Below, in pieces: positions 52,206 to 61,799 of a stretch of DNA of 64,000 nucleotides (position 1 is its first letter; every line of letters starts with the position of its first letter). Source of the DNA: Centroscyllium fabricii (lineage: Eukaryota); assembly GCA_051313645.2 (NCBI GenBank), contig JBNRSN020000016.1:58714001-58778000 (forward strand). Reading direction: 5' to 3'. The notes beneath the pieces were generated by a model that was given only the letters and a program-made list of their open reading frames with translations, ran no database searches and was not told the DNA's origin. The position numbers and the translations under genes were made by a program.

Positions 52206-55200
52206 GGGGGGGTGTCTGTTTACAGATTGTGATGTGGAGGTGCCGGTGTTGGACAGGGGTGGACAAATGTAAGAAGTCACACAACACCAGGTTATAGTCC
52301 AACAGTTTTATTTGAAATCACAAGCTTTCGGAGCGCTGCTCCTTCCTCAGGTGTGAGAGAAATTAATTTAAACACAGCATATATAGCAATCTAATCTCTC
52401 CAACATCACACTTCAGCAGACACAGAGCAGACAAAGGTGTTTTAACGTATTTTAACATAGATGACGTAGAGTCATCCAGACTCGAGCCATCTTTGTCTTG
52501 TTCGCTGCGGCGTTCTCCAGTAAGGAAAATCCCCTTTTAAAAAAAAAAAAATCAGTGTGTTTTTACACAGAGACAAGACTGCAACATTTGACCCTTTGTG
52601 ACTGTACCTCATTGATCTCATGATCTGATGAATGTTAAAATATGTTAAAACACCTTTGTCTGCTCTGTGTCTGCTGAAGTGTGATGTTGGAGAGATTAGA
52701 TTGCTATATATGCTGTGTTTAAATTAACTTCTCTCACACCTGAGGAAGGAGCAGCGCTCCGAAAGCTTGTGATTTCAAATAAAACTGTTGGACTATAACC
52801 TGGTGTTGTGTGACTTCTTGCATTTGTTTACAGATTGATCTGGCTATCTTTTATTTATTTCAGCAGTCTGTATTGAGTATTTGCTATAGTTTCAAAAACT
52901 GGGATAATCATTCATTCTATTTCAAACTACTAATTTGGTGCGATACAGCAATACCTTTTTGTGTGGGGAATGTAAGGAAATGTGGCAGTCAATTTGTGCA
53001 CAGTAAGGTCCTACAAACAGCAATGAGATATATGACCAGATACTCTGTTTTAGTGATATTGATTGAGGGATAAATGTTGGCCAGGGCACTGGGAGAATTC
53101 TTGCTGATGGGTTTCTTGAGGATGTGTTAATGAAACTGATGGATTGTCTTCAGCCCTGTTTATACAGTTGGATTGGTCTTAATATACTGTAACAGGCACC
53201 GTGAGCAAGGCCATTGGTTTGTGGTTTTCACGGGAAAATAGAGAGGATCATGGAATCGCATCCCCAAAATACCAATAAACATCTCCATTCAATAAAAATG
53301 GAATTTGACTTCTTCAGCATAAACCAGAGTCCCAGCCACAAGAGTTGTGAGATTCGGAGCAACTGATCTGTATGTGGAACTGTTTTTTATCAGCCTTGGC
53401 TCAGTAATGGCACTCTTACCACGAGTCAGAAGATCGAGGATTCTAGCTCCACTCCAGAGACTCGAACACATCATCTAAAGTAACACCTCAGTCCAGCCCA
53501 GCGGGGCTGCGGCACTGCCCAGCGGGGCTGCGGCACTGCCCAGCGGGGCTGCGGCACTGCCCAGCGGGGCTGCGGCACTGCCCAGCGGGGCTGCGGCACT
53601 GCCCAGGTGCTGTTTTTTGGATGAGGTGTTATTCTTGCTATGTAGTAGGGAGGAGAAATGGCACAATCCAGAGAGACTTGGTTTTAGGAAGGGATCTATT
53701 ATCATCTTGGGGAGTACCAGGAACATAGGTACTTGTAAAATTGGGGTTGTAGGGTCTACAATACAGGATAAGATTAGGGAAGCCTAATTAGGGACAGTCG
53801 ATACGGATTTATAAAGAGCAGGGTGTGCTAGACTAATTTTTTTTTGTGGTTAAGATTACATTTGAAAAAGGCAGCTTATGGCAACCCAGAACGTTCAATG
53901 ACTGTGACCCAGGAGTGCAAATGCACAGATTTTAAGGGGGAGAAATTCGGATGCTTGTGCCTCCCGTTAGCGTCCTAAGAGGGCTGCTAATGGGGCGCAA
54001 GGCACTTAGCGCCTCCCGCGATATTCAGCGGGGCGCTGGCGGGGGCGGTAACCAGTAGCGCCCCGTGGTGCTGCGCTACCGCCGATGACGTCATTGCAAT
54101 GCGCAGTGCCCCGGCCCGGACTTCAGTCGCGCCCACTGCTGTACCGCCTGACGCTGTCACCGACAGGGTCAGGGAGGTGTACTTGCAGCATGGAGAGGGA
54201 TATTTAAAGGCAGAGGTGCCGGGCGGCCATTTCCCTTGCTGGCCGACTGCCAGCACCTGCCCCCTCTGCCGTCCCCGGCCTTCCCCGATGCCTCCCCGCG
54301 GAGTGCTGGCTGTGCTCCGTGAGCCCGGCACTTCCCTTGAGTGCCGAGCTCCTTTGGCGTCATTGCGATCCCCAGCAGTCCAACGGGGCTCCGGCCCGAG
54401 CCGCGCTAGGCCACTCCCCTTTAATTAGGGGAGGAAGGCCTGCAGTACCGTGACGCGGCACTCTGCAGAGCGTGGCGCAGCGCCCGAAATTGAGTGGTAG
54501 CACCTAAAGAAGGAGGTGGAGCGCCTGCAGTAGCACCCCACCTCCTACTTGGGGCGCTAAAACCCAATTTCAGGAGGAGCGGCGCCAACGTTTTCTGGGT
54601 GCTAAAAGTAGCGCCCCGCCGAGGGTAGCTACCGAACCTTTCCCCCAAAGTTTTTAAGTAGGAGGAGAAATTAAAAGTAAATGGAGAGGTGACAAATTTT
54701 GGAGAGGGTATTGATGCACTATCAATCACTAAGAAAGACTGGAAGTTAAGAGAGTAACAAACAGGCTTTTATTAGCTTAAAAAACGAGAGCATGCCTCTA
54801 GTGGTCGCCCGGTCCTGAATGCCAGGGAGTTGGAGAGCAGCCACCTTTATACCAGGGCATATGGGTGGAGCCAGGGGCGGGGCCAGCAGAGGCATGCACA
54901 GGCAGGTTATGTCAGGCAGGACAAGAGTGAACACAGAACAACAGTGGTTTACCACAGGTATATTGATATGAAATCTGGAATGACCTGTGTAAATGTATTG
55001 AGTATAGTTAATTGGAAGCTTCTCTTTTTGGGTGCTAGTGAAACATTTGCAACATGTTGAACTTTTAGAAATGTTATTGCTGAACTAATAGTATCCTCTG
55101 TAAAGATGGGCTTCCTTTTAGAAGTGAAGAGATCCACTCAAAGGTATAAAGCTACATTGGTAGAATATGCAGAAATGTAACCAGATGTTTGATGAATTAA

Positions 55201-58200
55201 AACATTTTTAATTGCCCGACTTTTAAAATGTCCCTGTCCATGCATCTGTGCTTAACACGTTCGAAATGAATCATCTCAAGAAAAACTTTGCAAATTATCA
55301 AAGCTTGTAAGAAAGTATCCAAGGGAATATACATCTTTAGTGTTAAAATCAGTTTCTTAACTACAAGTAGGTACTACTGTCACCAGCAATCGCAGTATTA
55401 CAGTACAGGTACCTTGTTTTAGTGAACACTGTGGCCGAAAAAGTACGCCTGCTTCAATTATGAATAGAATCCATGGCCTCAAGATAGCTGCCGTGATTTC
55501 TAGAAATCACAACAAGTAGAGAAAGTATTACTAAGTTTAACTAATTAAAGATGAGGAAGAAAATGTTACCTTGTTAAAGTCATGCTGATCACTGCATAAT
55601 AAAATTCATAATGGGTGAGACATTTTGTGCTGATTTTATACTGTTCTAGGGTCATTGACTACCCTTCCTGTTGCTGTAAGAATGTTTTTTTTTCACTTCC
55701 CATGCAGTAGATAAAATTAGCTGCAACGAAGCATCGTGTTCTGTAATGGATGGTGTTGCAGATGGGTTAGAGTCCAGTGATCTCTCTGACAGGTAGGGCT
55801 TCATTACAGTTAGTCCTATATGTTACTATTTGTGGTAGATCAGTGCTTAATTGAAATATTTCAAGCAGGACCCTGACTTAATTTTGTGATTTGTGGCAAT
55901 TGGGCACAAGCTCCAGAACATTGTTTGATTTAGTGTGCTGAGACTGCTAGAATCATAGACAATCTTTAATTAAACTGATTGTGTATAAACTGTGCTTTTT
56001 AATTCAAGGTTTTGCATTTAAGACAGTATAAATTGCAGTGTTCTGACAATTCAAACCTAAAACTGGGACTGGAATTAGAACTCTTAATGACAGTGGTCCA
56101 GTATGCTATACCAGCATTACCATAATGGAGCAAATTCTATATGGTTGCTTAAAATCTGGTAGGTGCTATGATTGTGCTTATTTTCCCTGTTGCTTTCATT
56201 CAACCATGGTTTGATTTGAAATGCTTTCATTTCATTTTGTCCCATTTTTATGTCGTCCTCTCGTAATTTTTTTTATATAGTACCGTTCCTGTTCTGACTT
56301 GGAAAACTTCAAACTGCTGCACTTTTAAAAACTTGTTTGATGTTCTCTACCTCTGTCCTCCTCCCCATTGCTTATTCTAGCCATTTTCTGTAATTTTGAT
56401 AATTAGAGCTGCCCTGTTCTGCGACCCAGTAAATTGAGCAATGATCAGAAGCTTACGAGTTCCAGTGCTAAGGCTGCTTGCCATTTGAACTTGTTTTGAT
56501 GGACAGGTTCTCATTGGGGCAACCGGATGAAACCGCATATGGAAATGAGGCCGTAGTCTACACATGGAGGGGAATGTAGCACATTGCATTGTTATCTTTG
56601 CCTTATCCTGTCAACTGTTATTTTAATGGTGATAACGAATCTTACTAATTCTGTTTTTTGTAGGTATTTGTCAAGTGAAGATGATGGGGTGAAAAAAGCT
56701 AAGAATGGCTCTTCAGATGAGTCTTTTCAGCCATACTGGGAGAAGAAGTGAGTCCCAGCAAACCTAATGAGCTTCACGAGGGTCTAACTTTTATTTGAAC
56801 AAACTGTAGCTTAGATTTGAACAAAGCAGCTCTGAGAGAGTATTTATCTATAGATTATTGTGTTGTAGTTATGCTTGGTTATTACTGGTAATTTGGCCTA
56901 AAGTGCTTTTAACCTGTACAAACAATCACTCAATATTTCAGTAGTTTTGATATGGCACCATCTTAACTATCTGTTTTATTTGGCTAATTTTAAAAGAGAT
57001 GTATTTCTCATTTATTTACTGGGTCATTACAGTTTAATTCTCTAAATTCAGCTGTCCTTACTGTCCATAATGGTTCTGGCTCTAATTGAGTAGTTGATGC
57101 AATAATTAACCTGCTGCATTTATCACTTTCAAATATTGCCTAGAAAATGGAGCCTTGCTACAGGAGGGCAAGAACACATTGAGCCCACTCACATTAAAAA
57201 TGGTGACAGTCTGCTCAAAAATAATAATTCTATTTGGCATATTGTTGATAGAATTACAATACAGGAAACTCTTTTTATCCGGGACTGGCGTGCCGGTTTA
57301 TCAAAATGTCCGGATTACAGAGCGGTATCGTTAAAAGGTATGATAGCCCCCATACACGGCAACAAATCCAAGCTTTCCTGTTGCTTAGCAACGAGTGCAA
57401 GAACCACTGCTACAAATCCAGGCTTCCCCATGTGCAGGAACCCTGGTTACACAGCCACACATGCAGGAACGGCCACTAATATGAAGTAAAACTTACCTGA
57501 ACCTACTCCTGAACTTTGTCGGTTAACAGAGATTTCCGGTTATTTAGGTGCTGGTAAATCGAGAGTTTCCTGTATTTGTGATTCTACCATGAAAAATCCC
57601 AAATTAAAGAAAATAGTTCCTCCAAAAATTAAATCTATGATTATAAAGAATCGTAGAATCCCTACAGTGCAGATAGAGGCCATTTCGGCCCATCGAGCTT
57701 GCACAGACACACATCCCACCCTATCCCCGTAACCCCACATATTTAATCCCCCTAACACTGAGGGTCAATTTATCATGGCCAATCAACCTAACCCGCACAT
57801 CTTTGGACTGTGGGAGGAAACCCACGCAGACACGGGGAGAATGTGCAAACTCCACACAGATAGTACCCGAGGCCGGATTTGAATCTGGGCAACAGTGCTA
57901 ACCACTATGCCACCGTGCCGCCTCGGGGCAATGCAAAAAAGTTATACAACAAAAATACGATATCCGTTTCTGGATTTATTTTCCGATCACTTACATAATT
58001 GTAATTTGATTAAGTTTATATTAAAGTGAAACTCAATCTTTGTAACGGTGTTGGAGCTTATGGTCTTTATGTCCTGATGTGTAAAAAGCATAAGAACATT
58101 TTCAAATTGGAAAAGGTCAGTAGGCTCAACAAGGCTGTCCGCATTCTTTGGATTGGATTGGAGCAGGAGATGGATTTTTTCCAGAAGCTGACAAATAAAG

Positions 58201-59612
58201 CTACAAATACTGTATTCCATAACTGGTCTTTGTAAGGAACTGAAGTTGGCAATGCTGTCAATTGGTGTTAAAAGATTTCTTGAATTTCCACTCCTGTAAC
58301 AGGTTTTCCATTAATCTTTGCCACAAGTAGTATAAATTGAATATGATTGCCAAAACAAGGAGCTGAATGTTTGTGACAGCCTTGCTACCTTCAGAGTATA
58401 AATTGAAGATGCAATATCATGGTCAGTCCTTATCAACAGATACTGACTTGATTTGTTCATGTACTGAAGATAACACACCACTGTCTGATTCTTTTATATC
58501 TGTGTGCAATGATTCTGACACAATGTAACTTTCAGATTCAGAGTTGAAGACTTTAATTAGACTTAAAAATCAGTGTAAATATGCAGACGTTACACATTTG
58601 ACTGTTTACAACGTCTGCTTTTTGTTCAATTTTTAAAAATTTCCACTCCGTTTGGCATAGTTAAAAAGAAACTGTTTGGAAGTTGAATTGTTTTTTTTTT
58701 CTCTTTTCAGTAAGGTACCAACTAAGAAATGCGATAGTAAGGATGTGAAGAAAACACCTGGACAAAAGCGTGGACGGAAACCAAAATCAAACTCTGAAAG
58801 GTACTAATGGTAATTCTTCTGGAAAGTGAAGGGGGCGAACCAATGTACTGTTTTACTACTGGACACTTACTCCATGTGACTGTCTAGTTTTTAGGCACCA
58901 CCAAAAGCACAAGTCTTCTGGTACAACTTGGAAGGCACTTTTGTAATTCGGTTGTGCTGTGGTTGATTTGTTTCAAGTAATTTATAACGTTAAATAAGAT
59001 TTGATTAATTTTCTTAAAGGTTCTATTGGTTTATTTTAGTCTGTTACAGTAACGTGAAGGTAATATGCAGAGTTAATTGATAAATCTGAAAGCTGCTTTG
59101 AAGTTGCTCATTGTTGAGACGCATGCTATAAATATTTATTTATCTTCAAACTATTAAGCTAGTTTGCTGTTTTGGGGGCTTGACCCCTTTTTTCCTTCTG
59201 TTACTAACCAAGCAGCATCATGGATTGAGGAAGAAAATAAGACAAATCAAGAAAGAGGCTTCAAATATTTGCTCGACTCTGGTTAGTAACAGGGACGGCC
59301 AATATAAATGGAAAGCTAACTAATTTGTTTCAGGATTATTTAAATAAAATATATGCCTCAACAACAAAACATTTTTCATTATGTAGCATGAAAATTACTG
59401 GGACACTAACAAAAATGAGGATAAGACCCCAAATAATTTCTGATTATTTGGAATACAAGAGTCCTGGATATTATTCAATATGGTTATTGGATACATAATT
59501 TGTGTGACTATGTAGTATACATTTGGTGTTTTTCAGGGAAGATTTTCCCACCATGTACCGATGTCAATACACGGGCTGCTGTGCTGTTTACAGAGGAGCT
59601 GATGGTCTGAAG
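19739..59612 (+). CDS. ZNF276: ZNF276 (ZAD-domain C2H2 zinc finger protein); coding exons 1-8, 3' part beyond the window
   Basis: Phase-consistent GT-AG exons 19739-19928, 37708-38026, 40403-40476, 45512-46066, 55708-55792, 56664-56747, 58711-58800 and 59537-59612. N-terminus [12 protein letters not shown] motif [14 protein letters not shown]...[19 protein letters not shown] and first finger [19 protein letters not shown] match ZNF276. Confidence 0.93.
20203..20597 (-). mobile_element. HE1-like V-SINE with appended CR1 tail
   Basis: tRNA head at ~20540-20597 (minus), V domain, CR1-like tail. Confidence 0.85.
21078..21322 (-). mobile_element. 5'-truncated HE1-like SINE
   Basis: Near-identical to 20203-20445. 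Confidence 0.8.
21325..22275 (+). mobile_element. L2 LINE 3' fragment interrupted by an internally deleted CR1 (21574-21956)
   Basis: L2 peptide [35 protein letters not shown]; CR1 endonuclease peptide ETVWVEIR...RPPN...IIMGDFNF joined to a CR1 tail. Confidence 0.8.
23071..24400 (+). mobile_element. CR1 LINE 3' part, RT ORF intact (393 aa)
   Basis: ORF 23124-24305 with the full set of CR1 RT motifs plus 3' tail. Confidence 0.93.
24555..25131. mobile_element. hAT-like non-autonomous element (paralogue 34182-35773)
   Basis: CAGGGTGCTACAAAA ... TTTTGTCGCGCACTG termini; repeated ACTTGCCC subterminal motifs; no TSD seen. Confidence 0.55.
25138..25227 (+). repeat. 29-bp minisatellite x3
   Basis: Unit CCCAGGATTCGGTCTCTGGGTGTCAGTGT. 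Confidence 0.9.
26380..27785 (+). mobile_element. CR1 RT fragment interrupted by a SINE (26567-26910, minus)
   Basis: SGVPQG...KFADDTK before the SINE; [20 protein letters not shown]... after it. Confidence 0.88.
28161..28492. mobile_element. Tigger-like MITE
   Basis: TA|CAGGTACACAATCCCTT ... AAGGGATTCTGTACCTG|TA. Confidence 0.8.
28743..29385. mobile_element. Tigger/pogo-like MITE
   Basis: TA|CAGGTTGAGCTTCGTT ... AACGAAGTTCAACCTG|TA. Confidence 0.85.
31708..32097 (-). mobile_element. HE1-like V-SINE
   Basis: Same sequence family as 20203-20597. Confidence 0.85.
34182..35773. mobile_element. hAT-like non-autonomous element with a nested CR1 3' tail (~34985-35285)
   Basis: First ~450 bp nearly identical to 24555-25030; right end TTTTGTCGCGCCTTG. 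Confidence 0.55.
35826..36704. mobile_element. Harbinger-like MITE
   Basis: GGCGGGGGATTTTA ... TAAAATTCCACCCC termini; paralogue of 2323-3491. Confidence 0.6.
37147..37628 (-). mobile_element. HE1-like V-SINE with an internal inverted self-copy
   Basis: Family sequence; 37481-37551 are inverted pieces of the same copy. Confidence 0.85.
37708..38026 (+). CDS. ZNF276: ZNF276 exon 2, zinc-finger-associated domain (ZAD)
   Basis: CxxC...CxxC ZAD pattern; polypyrimidine+TAG acceptor, AG|GTACTT donor. Confidence 0.95.
38385..38775 (+). mobile_element. L2 3' fragment
   Basis: ...[18 protein letters not shown]...[17 protein letters not shown]; L2 tail. Confidence 0.75.
40403..40476 (+). CDS. ZNF276: ZNF276 exon 3 (Ser-rich linker)
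   Basis: T-rich acceptor ttgtag, open frame [30 protein letters not shown] donor; bridges phase 2 to phase 1 as required. Confidence 0.75.
40540..41030 (-). mobile_element. L2 3' fragment
   Basis: [31 protein letters not shown]; tail at ~40545. Confidence 0.75.
41665..42472. mobile_element. Harbinger-like MITE
   Basis: GGGCCAGAAATTC ... GAATTTCTGGCAC termini. Confidence 0.65.
43354..44243. mobile_element. Tigger/pogo-like MITE with G-rich repeats and a nested hypermutated fold-back element
   Basis: TA|CAGGTTGAGCACCGTTAATCCGG ... CCGGATTAACGGTGCTCAACCTG|TA. Confidence 0.88.
43781..43983 (+). mobile_element. Fold-back Penelope-like mini-element, A>G hypermutated
   Basis: Hairpin 43777-43948 plus tail ...CACCTCCACATCA; imperfect TSD TGCTTTCAATT/TGGCTTCAATT. 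Confidence 0.75.
44671..45159. mobile_element. Tigger/pogo-like MITE
   Basis: TA|CAGGTTGAGCACC ... GGTGCTCAACCTG|TA. Confidence 0.85.
45512..46066 (+). CDS. ZNF276: ZNF276 exon 4
   Basis: [20 protein letters not shown]...[23 protein letters not shown] is conserved in ZNF276; GTAAGA donor. Confidence 0.93.
46590..49670 (+). mobile_element. CR1 RT fragment split by an antisense CR1/L2-group LINE (~47505-48818) and a SINE (48820-49178)
   Basis: RT motifs at 46632-47500 resume at ~49195; the nested minus ORFs carry [27 protein letters not shown]. Confidence 0.85.
49672..51985 (-). mobile_element. Decayed CR1 fragment with nested Tigger-like MITE (50142-50739)
   Basis: [15 protein letters not shown]...[14 protein letters not shown]...[13 protein letters not shown]; MITE with TA|CAGGTTGAAC ends. 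Confidence 0.82.
52146..52212 (+). repeat. Poly-G tract
   Basis: ~65 nt of G with two T interruptions. Confidence 0.85.
52230..52824 (-). mobile_element. Fold-back Penelope-like element with ~190 bp arms and hammerhead-like motif
   Basis: Arms ~52265-52458 and ~52632-52825; 13-bp TSD TGTTTACAGATTG (52217-52229, 52825-52837); motif at 52324-52350 (-) and 52740-52766 (+). Confidence 0.82.
53496..53606 (+). repeat. 21-bp perfect minisatellite x5 inside a decayed Deu-type SINE
   Basis: Unit GCCCAGCGGGGCTGCGGCACT. Confidence 0.92.
53936..54645. mobile_element. Harbinger-like MITE (GC-rich)
   Basis: GGGGGAGAAATTCGG ... CCGAACCTTTCCCCC termini; related fragment at ~60835-61180. Confidence 0.65.
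54712..54956 (-). mobile_element. Solo LTR
   Basis: TG..CA ends, TSD GGTAT, TATAAA and AATAAA on the minus strand; related to 4987-5295. Confidence 0.85.
55708..55792 (+). CDS. ZNF276: ZNF276 exon 5
   Basis: [27 protein letters not shown]; CAGTAG tandem acceptor, GTAGGG donor. Confidence 0.8.
56664..56747 (+). CDS. ZNF276: ZNF276 exon 6
   Basis: [27 protein letters not shown], similar to the SSDESFEPY segment of ZNF276. Confidence 0.9.
57262..57572. mobile_element. Tigger-like MITE
   Basis: TA|CAGGAAACTCT ... GAGAGTTTCCTG|TA. Confidence 0.78.
57650..57922 (-). mobile_element. HE1-like V-SINE (short-tail subfamily)
   Basis: Same tail as 7348-7640. Confidence 0.83.
58711..58800 (+). CDS. 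ZNF276: ZNF276 exon 7 (basic, NLS-like)
   Basis: [29 protein letters not shown]; strong polypyrimidine acceptor. Confidence 0.87.
59537..59612 (+). CDS. ZNF276: ZNF276 exon 8, start of first C2H2 finger
   Basis: [29 protein letters not shown] boundaries. Confidence 0.93.
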
Positions 59613-59890
59613 GTAAAATTATGCTCAAGACTAATTGGTCAAGTGCAGATTTTAAAACTTCAGGCTTTTTGAGTGTCAGCTTGGCTCACTTCGTAGCTCA
59701 CTTGCCTCTCAATCAAAGGTTTCAAGCCCCACAGCAGGATCTGAACACATAATCTAGACTCCTCGAAGGGCTGCAAATGGTCGCCATTAGCAGAAACCCA
59801 CTGCTCGTTGATTTGGTCAGGGGTGTGGCCTGTCTTGTGGGAGAGGCTGGCTTCCTGCGCGATATTTTTAAAACCAGCATGAAACATCTA

Positions 59891-60394
59891 CAGGTTGTGC
59901 ACCATTAATCCAGGCCCGTGCCGGGAAACAGAAAAAACCGGGAGAACGAGGTTGGACACTGCGCATGCGCACCATTCAAAATGGCCACGCGCATGCGCAC
60001 AACATTGAGATTGGCTGCCGCGCGCATGCACAGATCGGGCCCGGGTCCGCCTTCCCTCTCCATCGCCTTTTGGGTTGCTGCTGCCGCCGAGCCGGACTCA
60101 GGCTGACAGCTGTTGCCTAGTGACTGTCCGCCTCAGTCACAGGGCTCAGCTGTCGAGAAAATAACCAGCGGCCGTATTGAATTATCTGCGCATGCGCTAA
60201 CCGTCCGGCGATGCATGTGCAGATCATTCAAAACACCCGGCAGCTGTTTTGAATGATCTGCGCATGCGCAGATCATTCGCTGAAGCCACGATGGCGGCGG
60301 CCATCTTGCGCATGCGCAGTGCAGTCGGGGCAATTTGTGCCGGCAGACTGAAGCTGCCGGCTATTCGGGACACGGATTTTCGGTGCACAACCTG
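59891..60394. mobile_element. Tigger/pogo-like MITE
   Basis: TA|CAGGTTGTGCACC ... GGTGCACAACCTG|TA. Confidence 0.87.
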
Positions 60395-61799
60395 TATTTG
60401 CGCTTGAAATTCCTCGATCTTTTACGCTGGTTTGGCTGTTGTCGGGCGAATTGCTGGTTTTAGTGGAAGCTCTACCCCAGATAGTCATCAATCACAGATT
60501 CAGAACCATAGTGAGTACATTGTTGGAACTTATTTTATGTGGTTTCTACAATTAAGTGGGTGTGACCACTGATAACACTGTAGAAAGTACTTTAGAGAGT
60601 TGAATTTAAAGAATTCACTATGCTGTTGTATCAGTCAAGCATGCTCCTGCTGAGCCTGATGGATCACAAGAACAAAATCCAAAATGAGAAACCACGCTGT
60701 AGTTAATTGTTCTCCTCCACATTTCATGAGTGTTGTGCTTTCAAAATATAGATTATTCTTCTGGGCCAGGAGAGACAAAATTCAGAGGGGTGCTTATCCT
60801 TGCTGGAAAAAGTCTTCGAAGCAGATCTCAAAATGGGAAAAGTTCAGTTGTTTGGGCCTCCCATTAGCACCTTAAGAGGGTGCAAATGGGGCGTGAAGCA
60901 ACTAGCGCCTGGGTACGGCGATGTTTGCGCCACTTGCGAAATTGACCAGACATTTTGCAGCGGCGCTAAACACTACCGCCACGATCTCCTGCGCCGGCAG
61001 ATGGTGACATCATTTGAGTATGCAGTGCCCCGGACCGGATATTGAGTGGCGCCCCCTGCCTTACCGCCTGCCGCTAGCAACGACAGATTGAGAGGAGCGT
61101 CCTGCAGTCAGAAAGGGACTGGGGGAGCGCTATTTAAAGGTGACTGCTTCCTGCCTTTTTTTGTCGCCGACATTTTTGCGCTACGCATTCTGAGAGAGAC
61201 TTCTGGAGAGATTCAACACTGTGTGAAGGAGTTTTGGGTACTGAGCAGCACTTTGCAGGGCCATTTTGATTTGACCATGTTAGATTCGAATTCGGAGAAA
61301 CTCTAGACGGAGACAGAATTGAATGTAAAGTAAAAGTTTTATTAGAAATGGCCAGATAAAACCTGTGCACAAAGAGAGACCAGGCTCCTCAGACTTTGAC
61401 CTATCCCCTCAAAGAAAATACAGCAGACAAACATAGATATACCTTTTGATAGGCACCGCCCATGGGTTACAAACAGCGTCACTACCGTTACTCCCTTATT
61501 GGTTAGTGTGTTTAGTCGCTCAACATTAGGAGCCGCCCTGAGTTGTTGGATGATGTTTAACATAACATCTGTGTTTTCAGACACTGGGCCTCCATCTTAT
61601 CTTGTGAACAAGGTCATCTCCGACTCTGCACAAAAGTCTGTACTAAGCTTATGGCTTCCCTCCCTCATCCCAAACGCTTCATTACTTTCTTGGGAAAAGC
61701 TTTACTGTGATAAACAATGCTAGCTTCTAAGGTCGAGCAAACATTCCAAAGAGAAGTAAAGGATTTTAAACCAAGGTAGTAAGGGCCTGTTTATCAACC

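Noticed and set aside
52146-52212. Poly-G as a functional G-quadruplex
   Set aside because: Homopolymer length is unreliable in assemblies and there is no supporting context.
53496-53606. CRISPR-like appearance of the tandem repeats (also 25138-25227)
   Set aside because: There are no spacers and the context is eukaryotic; these are minisatellites.
61278-61567. Possible solo LTR (TGTTA...TAACA, minus-strand AATAAA)
   Set aside because: No TSD found and the boundaries are uncertain.
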